64,000 bases of DNA from the human T2T-CHM13v2.0 reference genome, Homo sapiens. The notes beneath the pieces are model-generated. The model was not told where the DNA came from. It saw only the letters and a list, made by a program, of their open reading frames with translations, and made no database searches. The stretch lies in NCBI RefSeq assembly GCF_009914755.1, contig NC_060945.1; one strand, written 5' to 3'. Below, piece after piece: positions 1 through 15,400 of the stretch. Position 1 is the first letter of the stretch. The number at the start of each line of letters is the position of its first letter. The translations under genes were made by a program, and so were the position numbers.

Positions 1-3000
1 AATGGAATGGAATGGAATGGAATGGAAACTACTGGAATGGAATGGAAACAACCCGAGTGGAATGGAATGCAATGGAATGGAATGGAATGGAATGACACGG
101 AATGGAATGGAATGGACTGGAATGGAATTTAAAGGAATGGAATGGAATCAACCCGACTGGAATGGAATGGAATGTAAAGCAGTGAATGGAATGTAATGGA
201 ATGAAATGGAATGGAATGGAATGGTATGCAATGCAGTGGAATGGATTTGAATGGAATGGAACGGAACGGAACGGAATGGAATGGAATGGAATGGAATGGA
301 ATGGACACCAATGGAATGGAATGGAATGGAATGGAATTGAATGGAATGGAATGGAATGGATTGGAATGGATGGGAATGGAATGGAACGGAATTAACCGGA
401 GTGGAATGCAATGGAATGGAATGGAGTGGAATGGAATCAACCCGAGTGGAATGGAATGGAATGGAATGGAATGGAATGGAATGGAATGGAATGGAATCAA
501 CACGAATGGACTGGAACGGAATGGAATGGAATGGAATGGAATGGAATGGAATGGAATGGAATGGAATGGAATAGTATGGTATGGAATGAAATGGAAAGGA
601 ACAGAATGGAATCAACCCAAGTGGAGTGGAATAGAATGGAATGGAAGGGAATCAATACGAGTCAAATGGAATGGAGTGGAATGCAATGGAATGGAATGGA
701 ATGAAATGAAATGGAATGTAATGGAATGGAATGGAATTCAAGGGAATCAATCCGAGTGGAATGGAATGGTATGGAATGCAATGGAATGGAGTGGAACAGA
801 ACGGAATGGAATGGAATGGAATTGATTGAATCCGAATGGAATTGAATGGAAGGGAATGCATTGGAATGGAATAGAAAGGATTCAACCCGAGTGGAAAGTA
901 ATGGATTGGAATGGAATGGAAAGGAATAGAATGGAATCAACACAAATGGAATGGAATGGAATGGAATGGAAAGGAATGGATTGCAATGGAATGGAATGGA
1001 ATGGAATGGAATGGAATGCAATGCAATGGAATGGAATGGAATGCAATGCAATGGAATGGAATGGAATAAACCCGAATGGAATGGAATGGAATGGAATGCA
1101 ATGCCATGGAATGGAATGGAATGGAGTGGAATGGAATAAACAGAAGTGGAATGAATTGGAATGGAATGAAATGGAATGGAATGGAATGGAATGGACTGGA
1201 ATGAAATAAACCCGAGTAGAATGGAACGGAATGGATTGGAATGGAAAGGAATTGAATAAACTGGAATGGAATGAAATGGAATGGAAGGGAGTGGAATGGA
1301 ATGGAATACAATGGAATCAACACGAGTGGAATGCAATGCAACGGAAGGGAAAGGAATGGAATGGAACGGAACCAACCCGAGTGGAGTGGAATAAAGTGGA
1401 ATGGAATGGAGTATGATCAACCTGAGTGGAACGGAATGCAATGGAATGGAATGGAATGGAATGGTTTCAACCAGAGTGGAATGGAATGGAATGGAATGGA
1501 ACGGAATGGAATGCAATGGATGTAACTGGAATGGAATGGAATGGAATGGAATGGAATGGAATGGAATGGAATGGAACGGAATCAACATGAGTCAAATGGA
1601 ATGGAATGGAATGGAATGGAATGGAGTCAACACGAATGGACTGGAACGTAATGGAATGGAATGGAATGGAATGGTATGGTTTGGAATGAAATGGAAAGGA
1701 ACGGAATGGAATCAACCCAAGTGGAGTGGAATAGAATGGAATGGAAGGGAATGAAGACGAGTCAAATGGAATGGAATGGAATGCAATGGAAAGGAAAGGA
1801 ATGCAATGAAATGGAATGGAATGGAATGGAATGGAATGCAATGGAATGGAATGGAATTCAGTGAAATGGAATGGAATAGAATGGAATGGAATAGAATGGA
1901 ATCTACTGTAATGGAATGGAAACAACCAGAGTGGAATGGAATGGAATGGAATGGAATGGAATGGAATGGAATGGAATGGAAAGGAACGGAATGTAAAGGA
2001 ATGGAATGGAATCAACCCGACTGGAATGGAATGGAATGGAAAGGAATGAATGGAATGAATGGAATGGAATGGAATGGAATGGAATGGAATGGAATTGTAT
2101 GGAATACAATGATATGGAATTGAATGGAATGGAACGGAATGGAACGGAATGGAATGGAATGGACCCCAATGGAATGGAATGGAATGGAATGGATTGGAAT
2201 GGAATGGAACGGAATTAACCCGAGTGGAATGGAATGGAATGGAATGGAGTGGAATGGAATGGAATGGAATGGAATGGAATGGAATGGAATGGAAAGGAAT
2301 CAACCCGAGTGGAATGCAATGAAATGGAATGCAATGGAATGGAATGGTATGGAATCAACCCTAGTGAAATGGTATGGAATGGAATGGAATGGAACAGAAT
2401 GGAATGGAATCATCCCGAATGGAATGGAAAGGAATGGAGAGGAATGGTACGGTATGGAATGGAATGGAAAGGAATCAACCCGAAGGTTATGGAATGGAAT
2501 GCAATGGAATGGAATGGGATCAACCCGAGTGGAATGCAATCGAATAAAATGGAATGGAATGAAACGGAAAGGAACGGAATGGAACGGAATTGAAAGGAAT
2601 GGAATCAAACCGAGTGGAAAGGAATGGAATGGAATGAAATGCAATGGTGTGGAATGGAACGGATAGGAATAACATGCAATCGACTTTAGTGGAATGGTAT
2701 GGAATGGAATAATATGCAATCAACTTTGGTGGAATGGTATGGAATGGAATGGAAAGGAATGGAATGGAATGGAATAAAAGGGCATGGAATGGAATGAAAT
2801 CAACCCGAATGGAATGGAACGGAATGGAGTAGAATGGTATAGAATGGAATGGAATGGAAAGGAATCAACCTGAAGGGTATGGAATGGAATGGAATGGAAT
2901 GGAATTGAATTGAATGGAATGGAATGGAATCAACCAGAGGGGAATGCAATGAAATGAAATGGAATGGAATGGAACGGAAAGCAACGGAACGGAACGGAAT

Positions 3001-4600
3001 TGAATGGAATGGAATGAACCCGAGTGGAAAGGAATGGAATGGAATGGAATGGAATGGAATAACATGCAATCAACTTTGGTGGAATGGTATGGAATGGAAT
3101 GGAATGGAATGGAATCGAATGGAATGGAATCAACCCGAGTGGAATGCAATGGAATGAAAAGGAATGGAATGGAACGGAACGGAACGGAACGGAACGGAAT
3201 TGAATGGAATGGAATCAACCCGAGGGGAAAGGAATGGAATGGAATGGAATGGAATGGAATGGAATGGAATGGAATGGAATGGAATAAAAGGGCATGGAAT
3301 GGAATGGAATCATCCCGAGGGGAATGGAATGGAATGGAATGGAATGAAATGGAAATGAATCAAACCGAGTGGAATTTAATGTAATATAATGTAATGGAAT
3401 GGAATGGAAACAATGCAATGCAATGATATCAACTGGAATGGAATGCATTGGAATGGAATGGAATGGAATCACCCTGAGTGGAAAGGAATAGAATGGAATG
3501 GAAAGGAATGTAATGGAATGGAAACTAATGGAACGGAATGGAAACCACCAGAGTGGAATGGAATGCAATGGAATGGAATCGAATGGAATGGAATGGAATG
3601 GAATGGAATGGAATGGAATGGAATACAACAAAATGGAAACAACCCGAGTGGAATGGCATGGAATGAAAAGGATTGAATATAATGGAATGGATTGGAATCA
3701 ACCCGATTAGAAACTAATGGAATGGAATGGAATGGAATGGAATGGAATGGAATGGAATGGAATGGAATCTAACCTAGTGGAATGGAAAGGAATGGAATTT
3801 AAAGAAATGAAATGGAATGGAATGGAACAGAATTGAATGGAATGGAATGGAATGGAATCTACCCGAGTGAAATGGAATGGAATGGAATTTAATGGAATGG
3901 AATGGTATAGAATGTAATGGAATCAACCCCAGTGGAATGGTATAGAATGTAATGTAATGGAATGGAATGGAATAAAATGGAATGGAATGGAAACAACCCG
4001 AGTGGAATGGAATGGAATAACCGGAGAGGAATGGAATGGAATGGAGTGGAATGGAATGGAATAGAATGGAATAGAATGGAATGGAATAGAATGAAATTGA
4101 AAGGAATGGAATGGAAACCACCCGAGTGGAATGGAATGGAATGGAATGGAATGCAATGGAAACATCCCGAGTGGAATGGAAAGGAATGGAATGGAACGGA
4201 ATATAATGGAATGGAATGGAAACATCCCGAGTGGAATGGAATGGTATGGAATGCAATTGAATGGTATGGAACAGAACGGAATGAAATGGAATGCAATAGA
4301 TTGCGAGTGGAATTGAATGGAATGGAATGGATTGGAATGGAATGGAAAGGATTGGAGTGGAATGGAATGGAATCAACAAGAATGGAATGGAAAGGAATGG
4401 AATGGAATGGAATGGAATGGAATGGAATGGAATGGAATGGAATGGAATGGTAAGGAACAGAATGGAAACAACCCGAGTGGAATGGAATGGAATGGACTGT
4501 AATCCACCCGAGTGGAATGGAATGTAATGGAATTGAACGGAATATAATGGAATTGAATGGAATCATCCCGAGTCGAATGGAATGGTATCTAATGCAATGG
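1..4600 (+). repeat. Copy 1 of a near-identical long duplication within HSat3 (period ~7.83-7.90 kb)
   Basis: Rare variants recur in the same order: GAAACTACTG 25 vs 7851; ATGTAAAGCAGTG ~172 vs ~7998; CATCCCGAGTCGAATGG..GTATCTAATGC ~4564 vs ~12445. ORF-track pairs give offsets of 7826-7902. Confidence 0.9.
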
Positions 4601-7600
4601 AATGGAATGGAATGGAATGGAATGGAATGGAATGGAATGCAATGGAACACAACAAAATGGAAAAAACCCGAGTGGAATGGCATGGAATGGAAAGGACTTG
4701 AATATAATGGAATGGATTGGTATCATCCCGATTAGAAATTAATGGAATGGAATGGAATGGAAAGGAATGGAATGGAATGGAACCTACACAAGTGGAATGG
4801 AATGAAATGGAAATAAATGGAATGGAATAGAATGGAAAGGAATGGAACGGAATGGAATGGAATGGAATGGAATGGAATCTACCCGAGTGGAATGGAATGG
4901 AATGGAATTTAATGGAATGGAATGGAATAGAATGGTATGGAATCAACCCGAGTGGAATGGTAAAGAATGCAATGTAATGGAACGGAATGGAATGGAATAA
5001 AATGGAATGGAATGGAATGGAAACAACCCGAGTTGAATGGAATGGAATGGAATAACCGGAGAGGAATGGAATGGAATGCAGGGTAATGGAATGGAATAGA
5101 ATGGAATGGAATGGAATGGAATAGAATGAAATGGAAAGGAATGGAATAGAAACAACCCGAGTGGAATGGAATGGAATGGAATCCACCCGAGTGGAATGGA
5201 ATGCAATGGAATTGAACGGAATATAATGGAATTGAATAGAATCATCCTGAGTGGAATGGAATGGTATCTAATGCAATGGAGTGGAATGGAACAGAACTGA
5301 ATGGGATGGAAAGAATAGATTGAATCCAAGTGGAATTGAATGGAATGAAATGGATTCGAAAGGAATGGAATGGATTGGAATGGATTGGAATGGAAAGGAA
5401 TGGATTCAACCCGAGTGGAATGTAATGGATTGGAATGGAGTGGAATGGAATGGAATGGAATCAACACGAATGGAATGGAACGGAATGGAATGGAATGGTA
5501 TGGAATGAAATAGAAAGGAACGGAATAGAATCAACCAAAGTGGAATGGAATGGAATGGAATGGAAGGGAATCAACACGAGTGGAATTGAATGGAAAGGAA
5601 TGCAATGGAATGGAATGGAATGGAATGGAATGGAATGGAATGGAATGCAATGGAATTCAATGGAATCAACCCGAGTGGAATGGAATGCTATGGAATGCAA
5701 TGGAATGGAGTGGAACAGAACGGAATGGAATTGCATGGAATTGATTGAATCCGAGTGGAATTGAACGGAAGGGAATGCATTGGAATGGAAAGGAAAGGAT
5801 TCAACCCGAGTGGAATGTAATGGAATGGAGTGGAGTGGAATGGAATGGTATGGATTGGAATGGAATGGAATGGAATGGAATCAACACAAAGGGAATGGAA
5901 TGGAATGGAATAGAATGGAAAGGAATGGAATGGAATGGTATGGAATGTAATGTAATGGAATGGAATGGAATGAAATGGAATCAACCGGAATGGAATGGAA
6001 TGGAATGGAATGGAATGGAATGGAATGGAATGGAATGGAAATGAATCAAACCGAGTGGAATGGAATGGAATGGAATGGAAACAATGCCATGCAATGGTAT
6101 CAACGGGAATGGAATGCATTGGAATGGAATGGAATGGAATCACCCTGAGTGGATAGGAAAGGAATGGAAGGGAATGGAAAGGAATGGAATGGAATGGAAA
6201 CTAATGGAAGGGAATGGAAACAACCCGAGTGGAATGGAATGGAATGGAATGGAATGGAATGGAATGGAATGGAATACAACAAAATGGAAACAACCCGAGT
6301 GGAATGGCATGGAATGGAAAGGACTTGAATATAATGGAATGGATTGGAATCAACCCGATTAGAAACTAATGGAATGGAATGGAATGGAATGGAATGGAAT
6401 GGAATGGAATGGATTGGAATTTACCCGAATGGAATGGAATGTAATGAAATTAAATGGAATGGAAAGGAATGGAAAGGAATGGAATGGAATCTACACGAGT
6501 GGAATGGAATTGAATTGAATTTAATGGAATTGAACGGAATACAATGATATGGAATCAACCCGTGTGGAATGGTATAGAATGTAATGTAATGGAATGGAAT
6601 GGAATAAAATGGAATGGACTGGAATGGAAACAAAACGAGTGGAACGGAATGGAATAACCTGAGAGGAATGGAATGGAATGGAGTGGCATGGAATGGAATA
6701 GAATGGAATGGAATGGAATGGAATAGAATGAAATTGAAAGGAATGGAATGGAAACAACCCGTGTGGAATGGAATGGAAAGGAATCAACCTGAAGGGTATG
6801 GAATGGAATGGAATGGAATGGAATGGAATGGAATGGAATGGAATCAACCAGAGTGGAATGCAATGGAATGAAATGGAATTGAAATGAATGGAATGGAACG
6901 GAATGGAACGGAACGGAATTGAATCGAATGGAATCAACCCAAATTGAAAGGAATGGAATGGAATGGACTGGAATGGAATGGAATGGAATGGAATGGAATG
7001 GAATGGATTGGAATGGATTCAACACAAATGGAATGGAATGGAACGGAATGGAATAGAATGGAAAGGAGTGGAATGCAATTGAATGGAATGAAATGGAATA
7101 AACCCGAATGGAATGGAATGGAATGGAATGGAATTGAGTGGAATGGAATAAACACCAGTGGAATGAAATGGAATGGAATGGAATGGAATGAAATCAACAC
7201 GAGTAGAACGGAACGGAATGGAATGGAATGGAAAGGAATGGAATCAACTGGAATGGAATGAAATGGAATGGAATGGAGTGGAATGTAATGGAATGCAATG
7301 GAATCAACAAGAGTGAAATGCAAAGGAATGGAATGGAATGGAATAGAATGGAATGGAATGGAATACAACAAAATGGAAAGAACTCGAGTGGAATGGCAAG
7401 GAATGGAAAGGACTTGAATAAAATGGAATGGATTGGAATCAACCCGATTAGAAACTAGTGGAAAGGAATGGAATGGAATGGAATCTGCCCGAGTGGAATG
7501 GAATGGAATGGAATTGAATGGAATGGAATGGAGTGGAATAGAATAGAATGGAATGGAATGGAACGGAATGGAAGGGAATTGAATGGAATAGAATGGAATC

Positions 7601-7826
7601 GAATCTACCCGAGTGGAATGGAATGGAAAGGAATTTAATGGAATGGAAAGGAATGGAATGGAATGGAATGGAATGGAATGGAATGGAATGGAATGGAATA
7701 AACACCAGTGGAATGAAATGGAATGGAATGGAATGGAATGCAATGGAATGGAATGGAATGGAGTGGAATGGAATAAACACCAGTGGAATGAAATGGAATG
7801 GAATGGAATGGAATGCAATGGAATGG

Positions 7827-10800
7827 AATGGAATGGAATGGAATGGAATGGAAACTACTGGAATGGAATGGAAACAACCCGAGTGGAATGGAATGCAATG
7901 GAATGGAATGGAATGGAATGACACGGAATGGAATGGAATGGACTGGAATGGAATTTAAAGGAATGGAATGGAATCAACCCGACTGGAATGGAATGGAATG
8001 TAAAGCAGTGAATGGAATGTAATGGAATGAAATGGAATGGAATGGAATGGTATGCAATGCAGTGGAATGGATTTGAATGGAATGGAATGGAACGGAACGG
8101 AACGGAATGGAATGGAATGGAATGGAATGGAATGGAATGGACACCAATGGAATGGAATGGAATTGAATGGAATGGAATGGAATGGATTGGAATGGATGGG
8201 AATGGAATGGAACGGAATTAACCGGAGTGGAATGCAATGGAATGGAATGGAGTGGAATGGAATCAACCCGAGTGGAATGGAATGGAATGGAATGGAATGG
8301 AATGGAATGGAATGGAATGGAATCAACACGAATGGACTGGAACGAAATGGAATGGAATGGATTGGAATGGAATGGAATGGAATGGAATGGAATGGAATGG
8401 AATGGAATAGTATGGTATGGAATGAAATGGAAAGAAACAGAATGGAATCAACCCAAGTGGAGTGGAATAGAATGGAATGGAAGGGAATCAATACGAGTCA
8501 AATGGAATGGAGTGGAATGCTATGGAATGGAATGGAATGAAATGAAATGGAATGTAATGGAATGGAATGGAATTCAAGGGAATCAATCCGAGTGGAATGG
8601 AATGGTATGGAATGCAATGGAATGGAGTGGAACAGAACGGAATGGAATGGAATGGAATTGATTGAATCCGAATGGAATTGAATGGAAGGGAATGCATTGG
8701 AATGGAATAGAAAGGATTCAACCCGAGTGGAAAGTAATGGATTGGAATGGAATGGAAAGGAATGGAATGGAATCAACACAAATGGAATGGAATGGAATGG
8801 AAAGGAATGGATTGCAATGGAATGGAATGGAATGGAATGGAATGGAATGGAATGGAAATGAAAGGAATGGAATGCAATGGAATGGAATGGAATGCAATGG
8901 AATGGAATGGAATGCAATGGAATGGAATGGAATGAAATGAAATAAACCCGAATGGAATGGAATGGAATGGAATGCAATGCCATGGAATGGAATGGAATGG
9001 AGTGGAATGGAATAAACAGAAGTGGAATGAATTGGAATGGAATGAAATGGAATGGAATGGAATGGAATGGACTGGAATGAAATAAACCCGAGTAGAATGG
9101 AACGGAATGGATTGGAATGGAAAGGAATTGAATAAACTGGAATGGAATGAAATGGAATGGAAGGGAGTGGAATGGAATGGAATACAATGGAATCAACACG
9201 AGTGGAATGCAATGCAACGGAAGGGAAAGGAATGGAATGGAACGGAACCAACCCGAGTGGAGTGGAATAAAGTGGAATGGAATGGAGTATGATCAACCTG
9301 AGTGGAACGGAATGCAATGGAATGGAATGGAATGGAATGGTTTCAACCAGAGTGGAATGGAATGGAATGGAATGGAACGGAATGGAATGCAATGGACGTA
9401 ACTGGAATGGAATGGAATGGAATGGAATGGAATGGAATGGAATGGAACGGAATCAACATGAGTCAAATGGAATGGAATGGAATGGAATGGAATGGAATGG
9501 AATGGAGTCAACACGAATGGACTGGAACGTAATGGAATGGAATGGAATGGAATGGTATGGTTTGGAATGAAATGGAAAGGAACGGAATGGAATCAACCCA
9601 AGTGGAGTGGAATAGAATGGAATGGAAGGGAATGAAGACGAGTCAAATGGAATGGAATGGAATGCAATGGAAAGGAATGGAATGCAATGAAATGGAATGG
9701 AATGGAATGGAATGGAATGCAATGGAATGGAATGGAATTCAGTGAAATGGAATGGAAAAGAATGGAATGGAATAGAATGGAATCTACTGTAATGGAATGG
9801 AAACAACCTGAGTGGAATGGAATGCAATGGAATGGAATGGAATGGAATGGAATGGAATGGAATGGAAAGGAACGGAATGTAAAGGAATGGAATGGAATCA
9901 ACCCGACTGGAATGGAATGGAATGGAAAGGAATGAATGGAATGGAATGGAATGGAATGGAATGGAATGGAATGGAATGGAATTGTATGGAATACAATGAT
10001 ATGGAATTGAATGGAATGGAACGGAATGGAACGGAATGGAATGGAATGGACCCCAATGGAATGGAATGGAATGGAATGGATTGGAATGGAATGGAACGGA
10101 ATTAACCCGAGTGGAATGGAATGGAATGGAATGGAGTGGAATGGAATGGAATGGAATGGAATGGAATGGAATGGAAAGGAATCAACCCGAGTGGAATGCA
10201 ATGAAATGGAATGCAATGGAATGGAATGGTATGGAATCAACCCTAGTGAAATGGTATGGAATGGAATGGAATGGAACAGAATGGAATGGAATCATCCCGA
10301 ATGGAATGGAAAGGAATGGAGAGGAATGGTACGGTATGGAATGGAATGGAAAGGAATCAACCCGAAGGTTATGGAATGGAATGCAATGGAATGGAATGGA
10401 ATCAACCCGAGTGGAATGCAATCGAATAAAATGGAATGGAATGAAACGGAAAGGAACGGAATGGAACGGAATTGAAAGGAATGGAATCAAACCGAGTGGA
10501 AAGGAATGGAATGGAATGAAATGCAATGGTGTGGAATGGAATGGAAAGGAATAACATGCAATCGACTTTAGTGGAATGGTATGGAATGGAATAATATGCA
10601 ATCAACTTTGGTGGAATGGTATGGAATGGAATGGAAAGGAATGGAATGGAATGGAATAAAAGGGCATGGAATGGAATGGAATCAACCCGAATGGAATGGA
10701 ACGGAATGGAGTAGAATGGTATAGAATGGAATGGAATGGAAAGGAATCAACCTGAAGGGTATGGAATGGAATGGAATGGAATGGAATTGAATTGAATGGA

Positions 10801-12480
10801 ATGGAATGGAATGGAATCAACCAGAGGGGAATGCAATGAAATGAAATGGAATGGAATGGAACGGAAAGCAACGGAACGGAACGGAATTGAATGGAATGGA
10901 ATGAACCCGAGTGGAAAGGAATGGAATGGAATGGAATGGAATGGAATGGAATAACATGCAATCAACTTTGGTGGAATGGTATGGAATGGAATGGAATGGA
11001 ATGGAATCGAATGGAATGGAATCAACCCGAGTGGAATGCAATGGAATGAAAAGGAATGGAATGGAACGGAACGGAACGGAACGGAACGGAATGGAATGGA
11101 ATGGAATCAACCCGAGGGGAAAAGAATGGAATGGAATGGAATGGAATGGAATGGAATGGAATGGAATGGAATGGAATAAAAGGGCATGGAATGGAATGGA
11201 ATCATCCCGAGGGGAATGGAATGGAATGGAATGGAATGGAATGGAATGAAACGGAAATAAATCAAACCGAGTGGAATTTAATGTAATATAATGTAATGGA
11301 ATGGAATGGAAACAGTGCAATGCAATGATATCAACTGGAATGGAATGCATTGGAATGGAATGGAATGGAATCACCCTGAGTGGAAAGGAATAGAATGGAA
11401 TGGAAAGGAATGTAATGGAATGGAAACTAATGGAACGGAATGGAAACCACCAGAGTGGAATGGAATGCAATGGAATGGAATCGAATGGAATGGAATGGAA
11501 TGGAATGGAATGGAATGGAATGGAATGGAATACAACAAAATGGAAACAACCCGAGTGGAATGGCATGGAATGAAAAGGATTGAATATAATGGAATGGATT
11601 GGAATCAACCCGATTAGAAACTAATGGAATGGAATGGAATGGAATGGAATGGAATGGAATCTAACCTAGTGGAATGGAAAGGAATGGAATTTAAAGAAAT
11701 GAAATGGAATGGAATGGAACAGAATTGAATGGAATGGAATGGAATGGAATCTACCCGAGTGAAATGGAATGGAATGGAATTTAATGGAATGGAATGGTAT
11801 AGAATGTAATGGAATCAACCCCAGTGGAATGGTATAGAATGTAATGGAATGGAATGGAATGGAATAAAATGGAATGGAATGGAAACAACCCGAGTAGAAT
11901 GGAATGGAATAACCGGAGAGGAATGGAATGGAATGGAGTGGAATGGAATGGAATAGAATGGAATAGAAAGGAATGGAATAGAATGAAATTGAAAGGAATG
12001 GAATGGAAACCACCCGAGTGGAATGGAATGGAATGGAATGGAATGCAATGGAATCAACCTGAGTGGAATGGAAAGGAATGGAATGGAACGGAATATAATG
12101 GAATGGAATGGAAACATCCCGAGTGGAATGGAATGGTATGGAATGCAATTGAATGGTATGGAACAGAACGGAATGAAATGGAATGCAATAGATTGATTGC
12201 GAGTGGAATTGAATGGAATGGAATGGATTGGAATGGAATGGAAAGGATTGGAGTGGAATGGAATGGAATCAACAAGAATGGAATGGAAAGGAATGGAATG
12301 GAATGGAATGGAATGGAATGGAATGGAATGGTAAGGAACAGAATGGAAACAACCCGAGTGGAATGGAATGGAATGCACTGTAATCCACCCGAGTGGAATG
12401 GAATGTAATGGAATTGAACGGAATATAATGGAATTGAATGGAATCATCCCGAGTCGAATGGAATGGTATCTAATGCAATG
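7827..12480 (+). repeat. Copy 2 of the near-identical long HSat3 duplication
   Basis: Colinear with 1-4600, differing mainly in pentamer copy number. Close colinearity ends at ~12480. Confidence 0.9.
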
Positions 12481-15400
12481 GAATGGAATGGAACAGAACG
12501 GAATGGAATGGAAAGAATAGATTGAATCCAAGTGGAATTGAATGGAATGAAATGGATTGGAAAGGAATGGAATGGATTCTAATGGAAAGGAGTGGATTCA
12601 ACCCGAGGGAATGTAATGGATTGGAATGGAGTGGAATGGAATGGAATGTAATCAACACGAATGGAATGGAACGGAATGGAATGGAATGGAATGGAATGCT
12701 ATGGAATGAAATAGAAAGGAACGGAATAGAATCAACCCAAATGGAATGGAATGGAATGGAATGGAATGGAATGGAAGGGAATCAACACGTGTGGAATGGA
12801 ATGGAAAGGAATGCAAAGGAATGGAATGGAATGGAATGCAATGGAATGGAATGGAATGGAATGGAATGGAATCAACCCGAGTGGAGGGGAATGGAATGGA
12901 ATGGAATCAACAAGAGTGGAGTGGAATAAAATGGAATGGAATGGGATGGAATCAACCTGAGTGGAACGGAATGGAATGGAATGGAACGGAATGGAATGGT
13001 ATCAACCAGAGTGGACTGGAATGGAATGGAATGGAATGGAATGGAATGGAATGGAACAGAATCAACCTGAGTCAAATAGAATGGAATGGAATGGAATGGA
13101 ATGCAATGGAATGGAAACTACTGGAATGTCATGGAAACAACCCGAGTGGAATGGAATGGAATGGAATGGAATGGAATGGAATGGAATGGATTGGAATGGA
13201 ATGTAAAGGAATGGAATGGAATCAACCCGACTGGAATGGAATGGAAAGGAAAGGAATGAATGGAATGGAATGGAATGGAATGGAATGGATTGGAATGGAA
13301 TGGAATGGAATAAACCAGAATGGAATGGAATGAAATGGAATGGAATGGAGTGGAATGGAATAAACACCAGTGGAATGAAATGGAATGGAAGGAAATGGAA
13401 TGGAATGGAATGGAATGGAATGGAATGGAATGGAATGGAATGAAATCAACCCGAATAGAATGGAACGGAAAGGAATGTAATGGAATAGAGTGGAATGGAA
13501 TGGAATGGAATGGAATGGAATGGAATGGAATGGATTCAACCCGAGTGGAATGGAATGGAATGGAATGCAATGGAATGGAATGGTATGGAATCAACCCTAG
13601 TGGAATGGTATGGAATGGAATGGAACGGAACGGAATGGAATTTAATCAACCCGAATGGAATGGAACGGAATGGAGTGGAATGGTACGGAATGGAATGAAA
13701 TGGAAAGGAATCAACACGAAGGGTATGGATTGTAATGCAATGGAATGGAATGGAATGGAATCAACCCGACTGGAATGCAATGGAATAAAATGGAATGGAA
13801 TGGAACGGAACGGAACGGAACGGAACGGAATTGAAAGGAATGGAATCAACCCGAGTGAAAAGGAATGGAATGGAAAGGAATGGAATGGAATGGAATGGAA
13901 TGGAATGGAATGGAATGGAGTGGAATGGAATGGAATGGAATAACATGCAATCAACTTTGGTGGCATGGTATGGAATGGAATAACATGCAATCAAATTTGG
14001 TGGAATGGTATTTAAAGAAATGGAAAAGAATGGAATGGAATGGAATAAAAGGGCATTGAAAGGAAAGGAATCAAACCGAATGGAATGGAACGGAATGGAG
14101 TGGAATGGTATGGAATGGAATGGAATGGAAAGAAATCAACCCGATGTGTATGGAATGGAATGGAATGGAATGGAACGGAATGGAATGGAATCAACACGAG
14201 TGGAATGCAATGGAATGAAATGGAATGGAATGGAACGGAACAGAACAGAATTGAATGAAATGGAATCAACACAAGTGGAAAGGAATGGAATGGAATGGAA
14301 TGCAATGGAATGCAATTGAATGGAATGGAATAACATGCAATCAACTTTGGTGGAATGGTATGGAATGGAATGGAATATAATGGAATGGAATGGAACAAAA
14401 GGGCATGGAATGGAACGGAATCAAACCGAATGGAATAGAGCGGAAGGGAGTGGAATGGTATGGAATGGAATGGAATGGAAAGGAATGAACCTGAAGGGCA
14501 TGGAATGGAATGGAATGGAATGGAAGGGAATGGAAAGGAATGGAATCAACTCGAGTGGAATGTAATGGAATGGAATGGAACGGAACGGAACGGAAAGGAA
14601 TTGAATGGAATGGAATCAACCCGAGTGGAATGGAATGGAATGGAATGCAATGGAATGGAATGGAATGCAATGGAATGGAATGGAATGGAATGGAATGGAA
14701 TGGAATGGAATGGAATGGAATAACATGCAATCAACTTTGGTGGAAAGCTATAGAATGGAATGGAATGGAATGGAATGGAATGGAATGGAATGGAATGGAA
14801 TGGAATGGAAAGGAATGGAATGGAATGGAATAAAAGGGCATGGAATGGAACAGAATCAACCCGAATGGAAAGGAACGGAAAGGAGTGGAATGGTATGGAA
14901 TGGAATGGAATAGAAAGGAATCAACCCGAAGGGTATGGAATGGAATGGAATGGAATGGAATGGAATGGAATGGAATGGAATGGAATCAACCCGAGTGGAA
15001 TGCAATGGAATGAAATGGAAGGGAATGGAATGGAATGGAACGGAACGGAACGGAATGGAACGGAACGGAATTGAATGGAATGGAATCAACCAAAGTGGAA
15101 AGGAATGGAATGGAATGGAATGGAATGGAATGGAATGGAATGGAATGCAATGGAATGGAATGGAATGGAATGCAATGGAATGGAATGGAATGCAATGGAA
15201 TGGAATGGAATGGAATGGAATGGAATGGAATGGAATGGAATGGAATAGCATGCAATCAACTTTGGTGGAATGGCATGGAATGGAATGGAATGGAATGGAA
15301 TGGAATGGAATAAAAGGGCATGGAATGGAATGGAATCAACCCGAGAGGAATGGAATGAAATGGAATGGAATGGAATGGAATGGAAATCAGTCAAACCGAG

